This document shows, piece after piece, positions 10,641 to 24,720 of a stretch of 64,000 nt of DNA. The position numbers and the translations under genes were made by a program. The notes below the pieces were generated by a model. It saw nothing but the letters and a program-made list of their open reading frames with translations, searched no databases and was not told the DNA's origin. Origin of the DNA: Octopus sinensis (taxonomy: Eukaryota). How positions within the stretch are numbered: position 1 is the stretch's first letter; each line of letters begins with the position of its first letter. The stretch spans positions 78,802,001 to 78,866,000 of the forward strand of contig NC_043005.1 of assembly GCF_006345805.1 (NCBI RefSeq), read 5' to 3'.

Positions 10641-12529
10641 AAGTATGTATTCATGTATTATATCCATTCGTATCATATGGATATCAAATTATGTGAATTA
10701 TGATTAATATACGTGTTTTATATTCAAATATATGAAACCGTACAGTTTAAAAGCCTGTGTAGTAGTATGTTCTGACTGATTCTGTTCTATAATAGAATCA
10801 TTCTGTATGATTATGTTAATGTGTGGAATTTTCTGTGGGCAATTGAAATACTATTTGACGTTAGTAACAATGCAGATAATGATGTTTTGTCTCGTTCTTT
10901 TAAATCAAGTTCTTTCTGTCGTTTTGTCTCATTAGAAAATACCACACCACTCCAAGAATCGAAATGTTTTCTATGAGAAGCGTACCACGGTCTCTCTGAC
11001 AAAAATGTCGACAGGAGTTGTAAACAAAATTTTTCTGTCTGTGTAAAAGAGAGACATGTTAGGAGATTTCTTAGATAGAATGACATAGTATTTTCTGTGT
11101 ATGTCTTAGGTAAAGAGTAATAATATATTGGCTGTTAATGAATGTATTGTTGGATATTGAAATAAACAAAGACGATATGCTCGATGGGAATCTAAAATTT
11201 CAGAATAAGTATGATTACCTTTCCATTTGCTGCCTTGAATGGTGCTTGTTATAAAGATAGAAGAGACTTTTAGGGTTAAAAATTTGTTAGTTAATCGTAA
11301 TTGCAGTAATAGACGTAGAACTTTGGCGGGTTTGCTTCAGGGTTCGATATTACGTTATGGTTTTCCAGTACCACCCACCAGCGCTGATACCATATGCTTT
11401 TAGTTTGTGTCTCTTTGTGTAGGCATACGTCTCTGCCGTAATGACTGACAGCGCTAGTTCGGGCTGGGATATATGAATCGTGGAAATTGAATCCTCGTGG
11501 ATAAATTTAACCTACCAGTATAAGCAAATTTACTGATTTTTTTTTTCCATTTGTATACTATTACTTTGTTTTTTTACCAAATATAATTTTTAAAAAATCT
11601 AAGATTGAAGCTTTTTTTTTTCTAGGAGTTCAACCAACCTTTATTCACAAGCGAGAAGGATTTGTGAGTTCGTGTTATGGTTTTTCCAGCGGCTTTATGT
11701 GTCTGTGTAGTTGCGAACAGCACAGGCCCTCTCTCGGTCCTGCTATTCTTAACATACCCGAACATTTAGGACGTAATACTTGGAGAGGATAAGAAAAACA
11801 GCCACCAGAGAGGGGAAGCAGAGCGCGTGAGAAGGGGAGGACGTAAGAGACAATGGAAAAGAGGAAGAATAAGTGAGTTTGTGAGGAGGACCCGGTGCTA
11901 CTCGCTGATAGTCATTTTGTCTGAGAAGACTGAAGCAATAGAAAATGAACAGCCTTGCTCAAGTCCACGATGTGTCTCTAGTTTAAGACCGTGATACCCT
12001 TATCACTCTAACCATTAGCCAAAGCATCTTCAAAAATAAAGTTGAAGATTTATTTAATGAATAACTAAAAGGTTTTTAGTTTGGGTTTTGCCTCTGCAAT
12101 CTGTTCACCCTTATTTCGTAAGTGAAACAACTAAATGTTATTTTTATTTGTTATTTGAATTAAACTACTTAAAACGGTATTTTAAAACTCCTCCTCGTCT
12201 TGTTCTTTGATTATGGTAGAAAGGTAAATTCAAAATACTAAACGAAAAAAACTTATTAAGAAAATTTACTTTTTAAAGATGTCAGATGATAAATGGAACG
12301 GAAAAAAGAAAAACGGTCGAAAACCCATGATTTAAGCAAAGTTGTACATTAATATAGCCCTACCTTATGTGTAGTAGCTTGCTTTTTTTTTTTCGCTCTG
12401 ATAAAACTAATGAATTTAACTAAATTGTTGATATAGTAATAGTAAAAATTTTAAGAAGTTGTGGCTTTGATGAATTAAATTCAATTACCGTTGAAGCACA
12501 AAACTACTGCATTTTAATATGGGTTGCAA

Positions 12530-13980
12530 ATTCTACAAGGCAATAAGTTTAGAGGAAAAGATAAATTGATTACAGCAACCACAGTGTTCAACTGGTTCGT
12601 ATTTTATTGACCCTGAATGAATGCATGGTAAAGACGACCTCGGCGCAATTTGAACTCAGAACGCAAAGATGGAATAAATGCTGCTAAGCATTTTTCCCGG
12701 CATGCAAACAATTCTAGCAGCTCCCCACTTTTACTGCTTCCTTGTATAAGCACTGGACCATGTCATATTTGTGTATTATTTGGCAGTCAAATCGATTTTA
12801 GCGATTGATCGATGTCTATATTATCGATCCCGTAGTAATTGATTGTCGATTTAAGCATACAACCAACAATTTTGAATGAAGGGTATTGCTTCATACCAAT
12901 CGACGCCGAACCTGACTGGTACTTTATATTATTAATTCCAAAAGGCAATGATGATCTCGGCATCATTTGAACTCTGAGTAAATATTTCTAATTCAGATAC
13001 AAGGCCAGCAACTTTCAAGAGAAGTCACGTCAGTTATAACAATCTCTGTACAATAGCTCTGTCTCATAGTCGGCCGCCAACACTTTTTTTCTGCAAAATA
13101 GGGGTAGCTTATCCTTTTCAGGTTATATTAATAGCATTATCCTGCGCTTGAGAATTTAAAATCACTTTAACTTTCTAAGACATCTCAACGCTTCTAAAGC
13201 AAACATCGTTTGTTTGTTTACGTTCATCGTAATTTGAATTTTCTGTACAATGTCTTTATATATATTGGTAACAACTCTTTCTACTAAAGAGTGGGGTTGC
13301 ATTCTATGCCTTAAACCGAGCATAGAACGGAGCCCCCTTGAGCTAGGAAATGAATGGAGTGCTTGATGTGTGTCTTGTTGTGGCTACTCCTTCCTTAAAA
13401 AAATGGGGGATAGGCACAAGACCTGAAATTTGTGGGGAGGGGATTAGCCGATTACATCGATTCTAGTGTTCCACCAGTACTTAATTTATAGGCCCCGAAA
13501 GGATGAAACACAAAGTCAACTTCGGCGTAATTTGAACCTACAACGTTAAGACGGCTGGGGTGCCGCTAGGCATTTTCCCCCGTAGGCTGCCGATTCTGCC
13601 GGGCACGCCGCCTTAAAAAAATATTGGTAATAATAATTCCTGATATTTTGTGGGAAGGAGCCAGTCAATTACATCGACCCTAGTGCCCAACTGTAATTTT
13701 ATTAGCCCCGAGAGAATGAAAGATAAAGCTGACAAGATTTTTAACTGAGAAAGTAAAGACGGACGAAATGCTGCGAAGCATTTTGTCCGGTATCTTGTAA
13801 ATATTTATTTCAAATTCTGGCCAACAATTTTGGAGAGGAGGAAGTAAATTGATTTCATCGGTCCTAGTGCTTAAATAGTATTTATTTTATCGACCCCCAA
13901 TGAACATAAAGACGGACGAAAAGTCTCTAAGCATTTTGTTCGGCGTGCTAACGATTCTGCTAGGTCGCCGCCTCAGTTAT
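12530..13980 (-). mobile_element. Cluster of four or five old SINE family C copies in the same orientation
   Basis: Repeated ATCGACCCC...GGATGAA...CGGCG.AATTTGAACTCAGAAC blocks near 12600-12730, 12880-13030, 13410-13620, 13630-13800, 13830-13980. Confidence 0.65.
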
Positions 13981-14004
13981 CCAATCAAATTCTCTTATTC
14001 GTTG

Positions 14005-14310
14005 ATTCTTGTTACAGTCAGTTGACTGCGGCCAAGCTGGAGCATCGCCTTCAGTAAAACAAATCGAGCCCAGGACTTATTCTTTGTAAGTCTAGTATTT
14101 ATTCTATCGGCCACTTTTGCAGATCTGCTAAGTTACGGGGACGTAAACACACCAGCATCGGTTGCCAAAGGATATTAAGAAGACAAACACACAGGCGGGC
14201 GCACACGCACACACACACACATACACACACACACACACTGACACACACACATATATACACGACGGGATTCTTTCAGTTTTTGTCTACCAAATCCACTCAC
14301 AAGGCTTTGA
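14005..14310 (-). mobile_element. SINE family B, head-truncated
   Basis: GCTGGAGCATCGCC...CTAAGTTACGGGGACGTAAACACACC. Confidence 0.8.
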
Positions 14311-14404
14311 GTAAGAAGAAATAAATAAAGATTTTGAAAATGAAAGGTTAGATTAATAAGGACAAGTCATGTATATCAAAGGAATGAAGTTAACGATGAA
14401 AACC

Positions 14405-14696
14405 AAGACGAAGACGACGACGACGACGACGGTGATGATGATGATGATGATGGGGATAATTTAGATGTTGAATGGTATGACGATCATGATCATGAAATTG
14501 AGTGATGAAGATGACAGCGATGACAAAATTGCTGATGTTGTTGATGTTAATGTTGACGACAAGGAAGAGGAAGGAGAAGATGAGGAGAAGGAGGGTGAAG
14601 GGGAGGGGGAAAGAGAAGAATTTGGTGGTTTTACCAATGAGCGCTACACATCTGATTCATCATCATTTTATGATGGTAAATATAATAATAATCATC

Positions 14697-14727
<31 letters not shown>

Positions 14728-15094
14728 AACTCTTCTTCTTACTCCCTTTCTTACTCCACTTCTCTCGTCACCCCCCTTGCCACTCTCTTCATCAACATCC
14801 TCATCCACGAAGTCGACTTGCTCCACTTCACCTTCCCTTTCAGCTACTTCATTATTAACACCCCACCACCACCACCACCACCACCATCACCACTACCACC
14901 TCCACGGCAACCGCCACCTCCATCAATGCCACTCCCCACCACCACCACCACCAACATCAATGCCACTCCCTACCACCACCACGATCACCACCACGATCAC
15001 AACCACGATCACCACCACCACCACCGCCACGGCAACCACCACCACCATTAATGCCAACACCAAAACAACCACCACCACCACCACCACAACAACA

Positions 15095-15139
<45 letters not shown>

Positions 15140-15160
15140 TACCATTGTCATCTAATACAT
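14405..15160. repeat. Compound trinucleotide low-complexity tract (GAT/GAC/CAT/CAC)
   Basis: Read directly; the 238-aa ORF is a by-product of the repeats. Confidence 0.9.
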
Positions 15161-15746
15161 GTTCATATTCAATATTATTGATTGATTGCCGACGATATAT
15201 CAATAGGGTTCCCTCATTTCGTACTGTTTATCTTATTAAATATTAATCCCCGATTTATATTTCATGTGTAGCCATGCCCACAGACGTCAATACAACACCT
15301 GTTACTAGCAAAAGCATGAGGGCACAAATGCGTAGATGCTTGACCTGATAGAAAAAGTAACCCAATCCCCTTCCAACCACACTTATAGAATCTACAGTAA
15401 CAGAGAATGGCGTAGTTAATTGAAATCTCTTGGATCATGGCTTTCGTTTCGCTCGTACGTATTAAAGCTTTCGAACTAACGAAGTTTTAAAGAGCAGGTT
15501 ACTCTTGTTGATATCCGTAAGTCAGGCTAGCAAAATCAAATCTATAATATTGAATATGGACATGTCATTTACGTACGCATGCGCAGGCGAACACACATGT
15601 ATATACACACGCACACACTTATGTATTTGTGGATGTGTGATCACATGTCAATATGCGTATGCGTGTATGTATATATATATGTGTGTGTATGTGTGTGTGT
15701 GCATGTGTGTGTGTGTATAATCATTTAAAATTCACATTTTACAAAA

Positions 15747-15913
15747 GAGCTTATAATAGTTTCATGCTTTAGAGATACGATAAATTGTCAGCTTTATACA
15801 ATATGTTATGTATCTCCAAGCAATCTATCAGGGTCAGTCCTTGGAGATACATGGTCTGTTATATAAATCTGCCAGTTTATTGTATCTCTAAAGCGTGAAA
15901 CAATTAGTAGCTC
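15747..15913. repeat. Imperfect inverted repeat (about 75-bp arms, about 19-nt loop)
   Basis: GTTTCATGCTTTAGAGATACGATAAATTGTCAG pairs with CTGCCAGTTTATTGTATCTCTAAAGCGTGAAAC; ATGTATCTCCAAG pairs with CTTGGAGATACAT. Confidence 0.85.
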
Positions 15914-16001
15914 ATTAATATATATTCAGTGCTTACTGATTAATATTTATCTTTCACCAAATGGAGTACCTTTTTGTTGATCCTACCATCATGGAACAGT
16001 G

Positions 16002-16027
<26 letters not shown>

Positions 16028-16039
<12 letters not shown>

Positions 16040-16457
16040 ATTTAGGAATGGTCATTTTGCCAGTTTAGCCAATAAAAACACACGCACTATATATTTGGTG
16101 TTACTTTGCTTCAGCGTTATTTATTTTTTACATTAATCTTAATCTTATTTCGGCCAGAGTTCTTTCGTCACACCCCTGTGACCGCATCAGTGGTCCTTTG
16201 CTTTCTTCTTTCTTATTTGTGTGTCTCTCCTTACTAACCGTCAGCCATTTAAGAAAGAAATCACACAAATAAGAAAGAAGAAAGCAAAGGACCACTGATG
16301 CGGTCACAGGAGTGTGACGAAAGAACTCTGGCCAAAATAAGATTAAGATTAATGTAAAAAATAAATAACGCTGAAGCAAAGTAACACCAAATATATAGTG
16401 TGTGTGTTTTTATTGGCTAAACTGGCAAAATGACCATTCCGAAATATAACAATATAT
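16028..16457. repeat. Long inverted repeat, about 196-bp arms, 38-nt spacer
   Basis: Arms 16028-16223 and 16262-16457 are complementary with only about 5 mismatches. Confidence 0.95.
16289..16333 (+). ncRNA. Hammerhead-like motif with variant core CUGAUGC (mirror copy at 16152-16196, minus)
   Basis: gga-cca CUGAUGC g gucac aggagu gugac GAAA gaac UC ugg-cc; helices I and II pair, but A9 is C. Confidence 0.45.
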
Positions 16458-16521
16458 GTTTCAACACACGATTTCACATCAAAAATCTTGCGAAACAAAT
16501 ATATATATATAAATATAAAAG

Positions 16522-16810
16522 TAAAAAGTTTTGAATGGTACAGACAATGGGCTATATACCTGTTGTAATTTAGTCATCCATAATCTTATATGATATTTCG
16601 GAATCATATTCCTCCTTTAGAAATTCTTAGAAGGAGTTGCTGCTATAATCGGTTTTCTAATGGCTTTATAGCAGTGACTTCATCTAAGAATATCTGAAGA
16701 AGGAATATTATTCCGAAATATCATATCAGATTATGGATGACTAAATTACAACAGGTGAATAGTCCATTGTCTGTATTATAGAGCATTGTTGTACCATTCA
16801 AAACTTTTTA
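16522..16810. repeat. Imperfect inverted repeat (about 130-bp arms)
   Basis: ACCTGTTGTAATTTAGTCATCCATAATCT pairs with AGATTATGGATGACTAAATTACAACAGGT; outer AAAAAGTTTTGAATGGTACA pairs with TGTACCATTCAAAACTTTTT. Confidence 0.9.
16689..16732 (+). ncRNA. Hammerhead-like motif (CUGAAGA core)
   Basis: aauau CUGAAGA a ggaau auu auucc GAAA uaucaua UC agauu; one mismatch in helix I. Confidence 0.5.
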
Positions 16811-16924
16811 TTCTTTACAAACAATACAAAATGCTTCAAGCGAACTACAATACTCTCAATTCTTTAAAATATTTCAGCTCCAAAGCTGTCGTATTGCTGG
16901 AGCACCACTGTTGACTGAGTTACA

Positions 16925-17560
16925 CCATTATTTGAAACACCCTCTAATATGTGGCATTTGGTCAATGAAGGAGTTTGATGCCACTCCTCTGTGTTTCCTG
17001 CTGTGAGGTAAGCTCGTCTGGAACCCTTCACAGGAAGAGATCGAGTTTTTTCTTAAAGACACTTACATCCACACCATGCAGGTCTCTCAGGCATTTTGGA
17101 AGGATATTAAAGAGATGTGGGGTCTTGCAGCCTAAGCTGTTGCAGTATGTGTTCCTATATTTTGATGGCGATGCTGAGACATTTGGCACTATGCAGTGGC
17201 ACCCTGTTCTGCTGTTTGAGTAACTTACAATACCAAAATTTGGAACAAGGCTTTGCAGAATTTTCCAGATCTATATCACTGCATATCTCTCTCCCGCTTT
17301 CGTTCTAAGGAAAAGAGTTGTAATTTTTTCAGTCATTCCTAATGGGTGATACATTACATTGAGACGATTTTTGTAGTGTAGCTTCGTTGGATTGCTTCGA
17401 GTTCCGCCGTGAATTTTATATTGTATGGTGACCATAGCTGGGAGCAGTAGTCCAAGCGGCTGAGAGCGTATGTCCTCTAAAGGATCGTCATTGTCTCCCT
17501 TTCTCGTGTTTTGAAAGTTCGGAGGATCCATCCAGCTAACCATTTGCATTTTATTACCAA
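16925..17560 (-). pseudogene. CR1-clade LINE ORF2 3' end remnant
   Basis: Translations GWILRTFKTR, SRLDYCSQLWSPY, ELEAIQRSYT, LFSLERKRERY, FKKKLDLFL with stops and frameshifts. Confidence 0.85.
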
Positions 17561-17633
17561 ATTAGTAATATGCACTTGGAAAGATGCATCAGGTCACGCA
17601 ATGATTTTGATTCAGCGAATTCAATTCACACAC

Positions 17634-17670
<37 letters not shown>

Positions 17671-17724
17671 ACACACACACACACACACTCACACACCAAT
17701 GATATATACTCTTTTACCCTTTTC

Positions 17725-17935
17725 GTGTTTTACCTGTTTCACTCATGTGGCTGTGGCCATGCTGGAGCACCGCCTTTGGTCGAGCAAATCAGCCCCAGGA
17801 CTTATTTTTTGTAAGCGTAGTACTAATTCTATCGGTCTCTTTTGCCAAAGCGCTAATTTACGGGGACGTAACCACAACAGCATCAGTTGTCAAGTGATAT
17901 TGGCGGGACAAACAGACACACCATATGCACACACC
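17725..17935 (-). mobile_element. SINE family B, 3' half
   Basis: GGCCATGCTGGAGCACCGCC...CGGGGACGTAA. Confidence 0.8.
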
Positions 17936-17939
17936 ACTA

Positions 17940-18057
17940 TCAATATATATATATATTATATGATATATATATATATATATTATATATATATATATATATA
18001 TGTGGTGTATATATATATGTATATATATTATAGTATATATATATATATATAGATATA

Positions 18058-18089
<32 letters not shown>

Positions 18090-18149
18090 CATATATATAT
18101 ACCCATATATATATATATATTATATATATATATATTGTATATATATATG

Positions 18150-18210
<61 letters not shown>

Positions 18211-18225
18211 ATATATATATAATAA
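17940..18225. repeat. Interrupted (TA)n microsatellite
   Basis: Read directly from the sequence. Confidence 0.95.
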
Positions 18226-18228
18226 TAC

Positions 18229-18859
18229 TAATAAATATTAGGAAATAAATCCAAATTTACAGGGAAAAATCAGATTTAGGATTGAATCCAATTTTATAGT
18301 AAAATATTATATAATATTAATTAGAGACAAAACCACTATTTTGCAAATCAAACAAAGAAGACTTAATCCAATACATGATCTAGAAGGATAGGAATATCTT
18401 TCAAAGAGTAATTCCAAAATAGCGGTTCTATCTTACCTGTAAATTCCATAATTTAACGAAATTGAGTATTACACACTCATATACAAAATTACCAATATAT
18501 TAAATATAATAAATATTAGGGAATAAATCCAAATTTACAGGGAAAAATCAGATTTAGGATTGAATCCAATTTTATGTAAATATTATATATAATATTAATT
18601 AGAGACAAACCACTATTTTTGCAAATCAAACAAAGAAAGACTTAATCCAATACATAATCTAGAAGGTATAGGAATATCTTTCAAAGATGAATTCCAAAAT
18701 AGCGGTTCTATCTTACCTGTAATTCCATATATTTACGAAATTGAGGTATTACACTCAATATACAAATAATTTAATTTTATTTTAATTATATTAAATTTTT
18801 TTATGTATTGGTTTAAGTCTTTCTTTGTTTGATTTGCAAAATAGTGGTTTTGTCTCTAA

Positions 18860-18880
<21 letters not shown>
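18229..18880. repeat. About 278-bp tandem duplication plus inverted partial third copy
   Basis: Units start at 18229 and 18507 (TAATAAATATTAGG); about 18795-18880 is complementary to about 18585-18665. Confidence 0.9.
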
Positions 18881-18897
<17 letters not shown>

Positions 18898-19259
18898 TAT
18901 ACATATATACGACGGGCTTCTTATTTGCTTTCAAGATATTAGGTTGCTTCTCTTCTTCAATTCTATGGAAATCGGCAACGTGGAACTCAGAATAATGAGT
19001 TAAAATTCCACTGCTTATCATTGCGTATATACATACATGCACAAGTATACACGTAAACGCATAACACACACACACATATGTATATACACGTGTACACGTA
19101 GACATATTTATATAAACGAATACAGATATATATGTGCATATGCTTAGACGTGTGTGCGTGTGTGCGTGTAAGTGTATATACATGTATGCACACACAGATT
19201 CACACACACAGTCATATATATAATTCCATCATATAGCTCGACATATGTATATGTATATG

Positions 19260-19261
19260 TA

Positions 19262-19341
<80 letters not shown>

Positions 19342-19453
19342 AGTTGGTCTGTCTAACTATCTATGTATCTGTGTGTGTTGTATCTGTGTGTGTGTGTGTT
19401 TGTATGTATACGCGCACATACGAATGGTTACAACATATCACTTATGGATTGTG

Positions 19454-19503
<50 letters not shown>

Positions 19504-19555
19504 TATATATATATATGTGTATATATATATATGTGTATATATATATATGTGTATA

Positions 19556-19606
<51 letters not shown>

Positions 19607-19630
19607 ATATATAATATATTATATATATGT
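19260..19630. repeat. (TCTA)n, (TG)n and (TA)n microsatellites
   Basis: Read directly from the sequence. Confidence 0.95.
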
Positions 19631-20119
19631 ATGTAGGCACACAGACAGGAACAGGACATCGTTATATTTTTTATGTAGGTTTACTTTAAAATATCAAAAT
19701 ACAATAAGAGTTTGTCTATTTGATAGATTGAGATGATGGAAGAATTAAGAGGTTACAAGAGCAATATAAAGTTGTCCTATGGATATTCTTGCAAACTTGG
19801 TTAAAATATTTGTGCCGTTCAAGTAGAAAGAATGCATTTATATTAAATGATTTAAGAAAAAAATAATAAACGTAAAATCTCGCTTTGAAAAGCATTAGCA
19901 TATTTAATCCAATCCAAACAAAATCCGAAAATGAAATCTTAGAAACAGGATTTATTATCTGCATAATGTTCTTCACAGTTTTGTTTAAAGAATATTTTAA
20001 AGAAAGGAAAAGCATATATATATAAGAAAGGAAAAAAAAAACAGGTATATGTGTCTGTCTCGGCGGTTTCCTTACAAGTTCTGGAAATATTTAAATGTTG
20101 TGAAAGAAACCTGCTTCTT

Positions 20120-20147
20120 TTTATTATTATTATTATCATTATTATTA

Positions 20148-20205
<58 letters not shown>

Positions 20206-20969
20206 GTTGTGTATTAATGCTTTTTATAGTTTGTGGCGGTGAAGCAAGTTTGTATTTACGTGTTTTTTTAACTTTAATTTTTCGCTATGTTTATGCAATG
20301 TTATTGAAACACCTTTGTCATATAGCAACTTTTGTTTTACTTCCGGTCTTAAATACTTGCTGTTGCGTTGGATTATATTCTTGACGATGACATTAGTGAT
20401 GATGATGATGATGAGGAGGAGGAGGAGGAGGAGGATTTTCTTTCTGTCATCGTTATCGTGTTAAAATTCTAGGCGCTCTCCTTAAAGACGCTGTTGTTGT
20501 TGTTGTTGTTGTTCAAGGGTCATAGGTTTTAGTTGTTGTTGGCAATCGTCATGATGAGGATGATGATGATAATGATGATGATGATGATGATAATGATGAG
20601 GATGAAGGTGATGATTAACGAGACTGAAGTTGCTCAGTCAGTGATGGCGCTGTTAGCGATATCCAATTCGCAATGGTGGTGATGGCGAAAAAAAAAAAAC
20701 AGCGGCGAACGTTACAAACATAATGAAAATGATGATGGGGTGGAGGGAAAGAGAGGATGATGAGATGATGAGATGATGATGATGATGACGGTGGTAAAGA
20801 CGATGTTAATATTCGTGGTGACGGTGATGACGGTGATGAAGATAAGGATGTTGTTGGTGATGATAACGATGACAATCATGATGGTGGTCGTAGTGGTGAT
20901 GGCAGTAATGATGAAGATGATGAAAATGATGCGAATGATGATGATTATGAAATGATGAACTTGATGAAA

Positions 20970-21017
<48 letters not shown>

Positions 21018-21360
21018 TTGATGGTGGTGGTGATGATGATGATGTTGATGATGATGATGATGATATGGACGAGTAGATGAAGATGAAGATAATGAGACTG
21101 TTGATGATAATGATAATGGTGACGATGACGATGATGATGACGATGAGACGATGATTATAATGATGATGCTGATGATGATGATGATTATCGTTGTGGTCAT
21201 GGTGGCGATGATGATGATGATGATGATGACGAGGAGGATTAATGGTGATGATGGTGATGATAAAGATGATGATAATGATGTTGCTGATGATGATGACAAC
21301 GACGACAACGATGACAACATCGATGATGATGATGATGATGATGACGACGACGACGATGAC

Positions 21361-21395
<35 letters not shown>

Positions 21396-21420
21396 CGACG
21401 ACGATGATGATGATGGTTCC
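20120..21420. repeat. (ATT)n and (GAT/GAC)n trinucleotide tracts
   Basis: Read directly; explains the poly-I/L/D/M/H ORFs. Confidence 0.9.
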
Positions 21421-21783
21421 TAACAGTCAACAAAAGATGCATTTCGGCAACAGCTTCTTCACTCGAGGTTCGCATCATATTAGCATTAGGAAATGGACTC
21501 TTCAGTTTTATTGGTGACTTATCACCCACAACCGCACCAGACACAAAACCAACACAACAACGAAAAAAACAAAAATCGAAATGAAAAAACAAATTTGTAA
21601 AAAAGAAGAGAGAAAAAGGAGAAGTGACAAGGAGGAGAAAGAAGAAAAAGGTAAAAGAAACGCTGCTGCTTGAACTTGTTTTACCACTAAAGGATATTTT
21701 TACGATTTTACGAACATGAAAACATTTTCCATGCATACTCGTGTGTGTATATACGTATATACATACATGCATACATACATACA

Positions 21784-21784
<1 letters not shown>

Positions 21785-21816
<32 letters not shown>

Positions 21817-21975
21817 TATATATATATATATTATATATATATAATATATATATATTTATATAGGTATATATATATGTATATAAATATACATATATATACA
21901 TACATATATATATACATATATCAATATATACATATATATTTATACATATATATGCATACGTACTGATCTGATATA

Positions 21976-22029
<54 letters not shown>

Positions 22030-22031
22030 CA

Positions 22032-22127
<96 letters not shown>

Positions 22128-22139
22128 ACACATATATTT

Positions 22140-22171
<32 letters not shown>

Positions 22172-22174
22172 ATA

Positions 22175-22215
<41 letters not shown>

Positions 22216-22260
22216 TAGACATATATGCATACATATATATAACACATGTATATGCTATAC
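21785..22260. repeat. (CT)n plus interrupted (TA)n microsatellite
   Basis: Read directly from the sequence. Confidence 0.95.
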
Positions 22261-22898
22261 ATATATCGACAGGTTTCACTAAAGGTTCTGCAAATATTTA
22301 AGTGTTTCTTCTCTGAAATTTCCGGGATCACTCAAAGGTTGAGATTAAAAACCTACAGTTGTCAAGAATTAAGCATGTTTTTTCTATACTTTTTCTTCTT
22401 CTTATATTAACATTGGTAAGAATGATACCAAGAGGGAAAAATAAACAAAGTTTTTGTTGTTGTTTATTTATTTATTCATTTTTCAGTTTCTGAAGCTTCA
22501 AACTTGTCTTGCAGAAAATCTTATTTTACCTTATTTTTCTTGAGCTTCTTACAGAATATATTATTTTAAATGTTGTTTTTAGCCATTTTTTTTTTACCTA
22601 ATAGTATTTAAATTATTTAGATTTTACATACACACACACAAAGACTCATATATATGTATATATACTTATATACATACATGTATGTGTATATTCATAGTTG
22701 TATAACAGTGCATGTATATATATATATAAAAACATTTATACATATATATATATATGAAAGTATAAATAGGGAATCCTTGATAATGTAATATGTACGTGTG
22801 TATATAACTATATATCTATATATATGTATATATAATCATACATACACACAATATATATATATATATATATGTATACACTTGTACATATCTATACATAT

Positions 22899-22930
<32 letters not shown>

Positions 22931-24029
22931 TCACACACACATATATATATATACATACATATATACATATATGTGCATATATTGCATATTATATATACAC
23001 TTATACATGTATATATAGACATACATAAACACACAAGCAAACTCTCTCTATCTCTCTCAGACACACACACACATACACACACACATATACATACACAGAT
23101 ATATATTATTTAGTTCTCAAAAAGTTTTTGGTAAAGTTTACAGAGGAAAAAAATAACATTATAATTTACAAAAGTGTCGCAAAATTTAATAAAAGTATAC
23201 ATTATATTTTTTAAAAATAGAACTTATATCACGGTTTAATGCGAAATATACTGAAGAAGATAAAAATCTGTTGAAATTGTTTTCACAAATAATAAAAATA
23301 TTTCATGTGATTTAATAATAAATAGATTTAACTGTTTAATGTTCATATTGCATGTTGGGTAAATAATATGGCATAGTGGGGATGTGGTGGGTGGGGACAC
23401 TTCTCTCTCTTCTGTCAGTAAAATTATTTTATTCAGAAGTTCTGCAGTTGTCTTTTACACACAGTAAAGAAAATTATAGTATGTAATATGATTGGCAGAA
23501 GATCATACATTAAACGGACGCCATTATTTGACAGATATATATTATCAATCTCCGAGCAGTAAGCGGCAATATCGACTATATTCCTTGCTATTATGCAAAA
23601 CTGTCGTAAGTCCAAAAATATGTTACATTTTTAGAAAACGGAAAAATAGCTTCACTGTTCCATAGCAAAACCGTTGTACAACACTTTGGCAATTTCTGAT
23701 ATCTTGGCATCTGAAGCAGCTGGAGATACGATAGTTTGACTAGAAGAACCGGCTATTGCAAGCAACGATAAATACTGACAAAAAAAAAAAACGCATTTGT
23801 CCAAATTTGGATATGCGACAGTTCTTCATAACAACGATATCAGTTTTATCTGAAGGAATAAATGGACATTATTAAAAATGCTTACATCACGGCGGTTTCG
23901 TTCCAAATTATACAGTGATAAATGAATCCGTGATAAGTGGATCAGAATGTAGTCTGGAAATGGAGCTAATTGTAGACTTATTGACGCTAAACGAGTTGTC
24001 CTCAGCAACGAAGTTTGGGCCGTTGCGTA

Positions 24030-24239
24030 TTTTATCTTTTATCTTTTGTCCTTTTACCCATTTCAGTCATTAGACAACGGCCATACTGGAGCACCGCCTT
24101 CAATTCAAACGGATCGCCCCCCCCCCAGTCCTTCTTTTATCTTCAAGCCTGGTGCTTACTCTATCAGACTCTTATGTCAAACCTCTCAGATACGGGGAGG
24201 TAAGCACAGCAACACCGGTTGTCAAACGATGGTGGGGGA

Positions 24240-24299
<60 letters not shown>

Positions 24300-24640
24300 T
24301 ACACAACACACACATATATAAGGTTTTAGTTGTTTCAGGCATTAGACAACGGCCATGCTGGAGCACAACCATAAAGTGATTCAGTCGAAGAAATCGATCC
24401 CAGTACATACTTCTTAAGCCTGGCCCTTATTTTATCAGTCGCTTTTGCTGAACTGCTATGTTATAGTGATGGAAACAAACCGACACCGGCAGTCAAGTGG
24501 TTGGGGGGAATCAGCTTCTTTGTATTTCCATCTTTCAAATCTACTCACAAGTTCCTCGTCAACTCGGAGCTAAAGCAGAGGAAAGTTGCCCAGTATGCCA
24601 TGCAGTAGCTTGAACCCGGAACCATGCGCATTATCACCCA
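24030..24640 (-). mobile_element. Two tandem SINE family B copies
   Basis: Tail CATTAGACAACGGCCAT.CTGGAGCAC occurs at about 24068 and about 24340; head near 24560-24630. Confidence 0.75.
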
Positions 24641-24720
24641 CGGTAAGTTGTCATTTAAGACCAATATATATGTATCAATACTTTACCATCGCGTCCAGAT
24701 TCAGAATATAGAAAGAACTA

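Noticed and set aside
10800-11470. Possible LINE remnant (KLKAYGIS on the minus strand)
   Set aside because: Single short motif with no supporting neighbours in any frame
11853-11878. ACAATGG start plus AA|GTGAGT donor as a first coding exon (MEKRKN)
   Set aside because: Only 20 coding nt, adjacent to an old SINE, and no downstream exon identified
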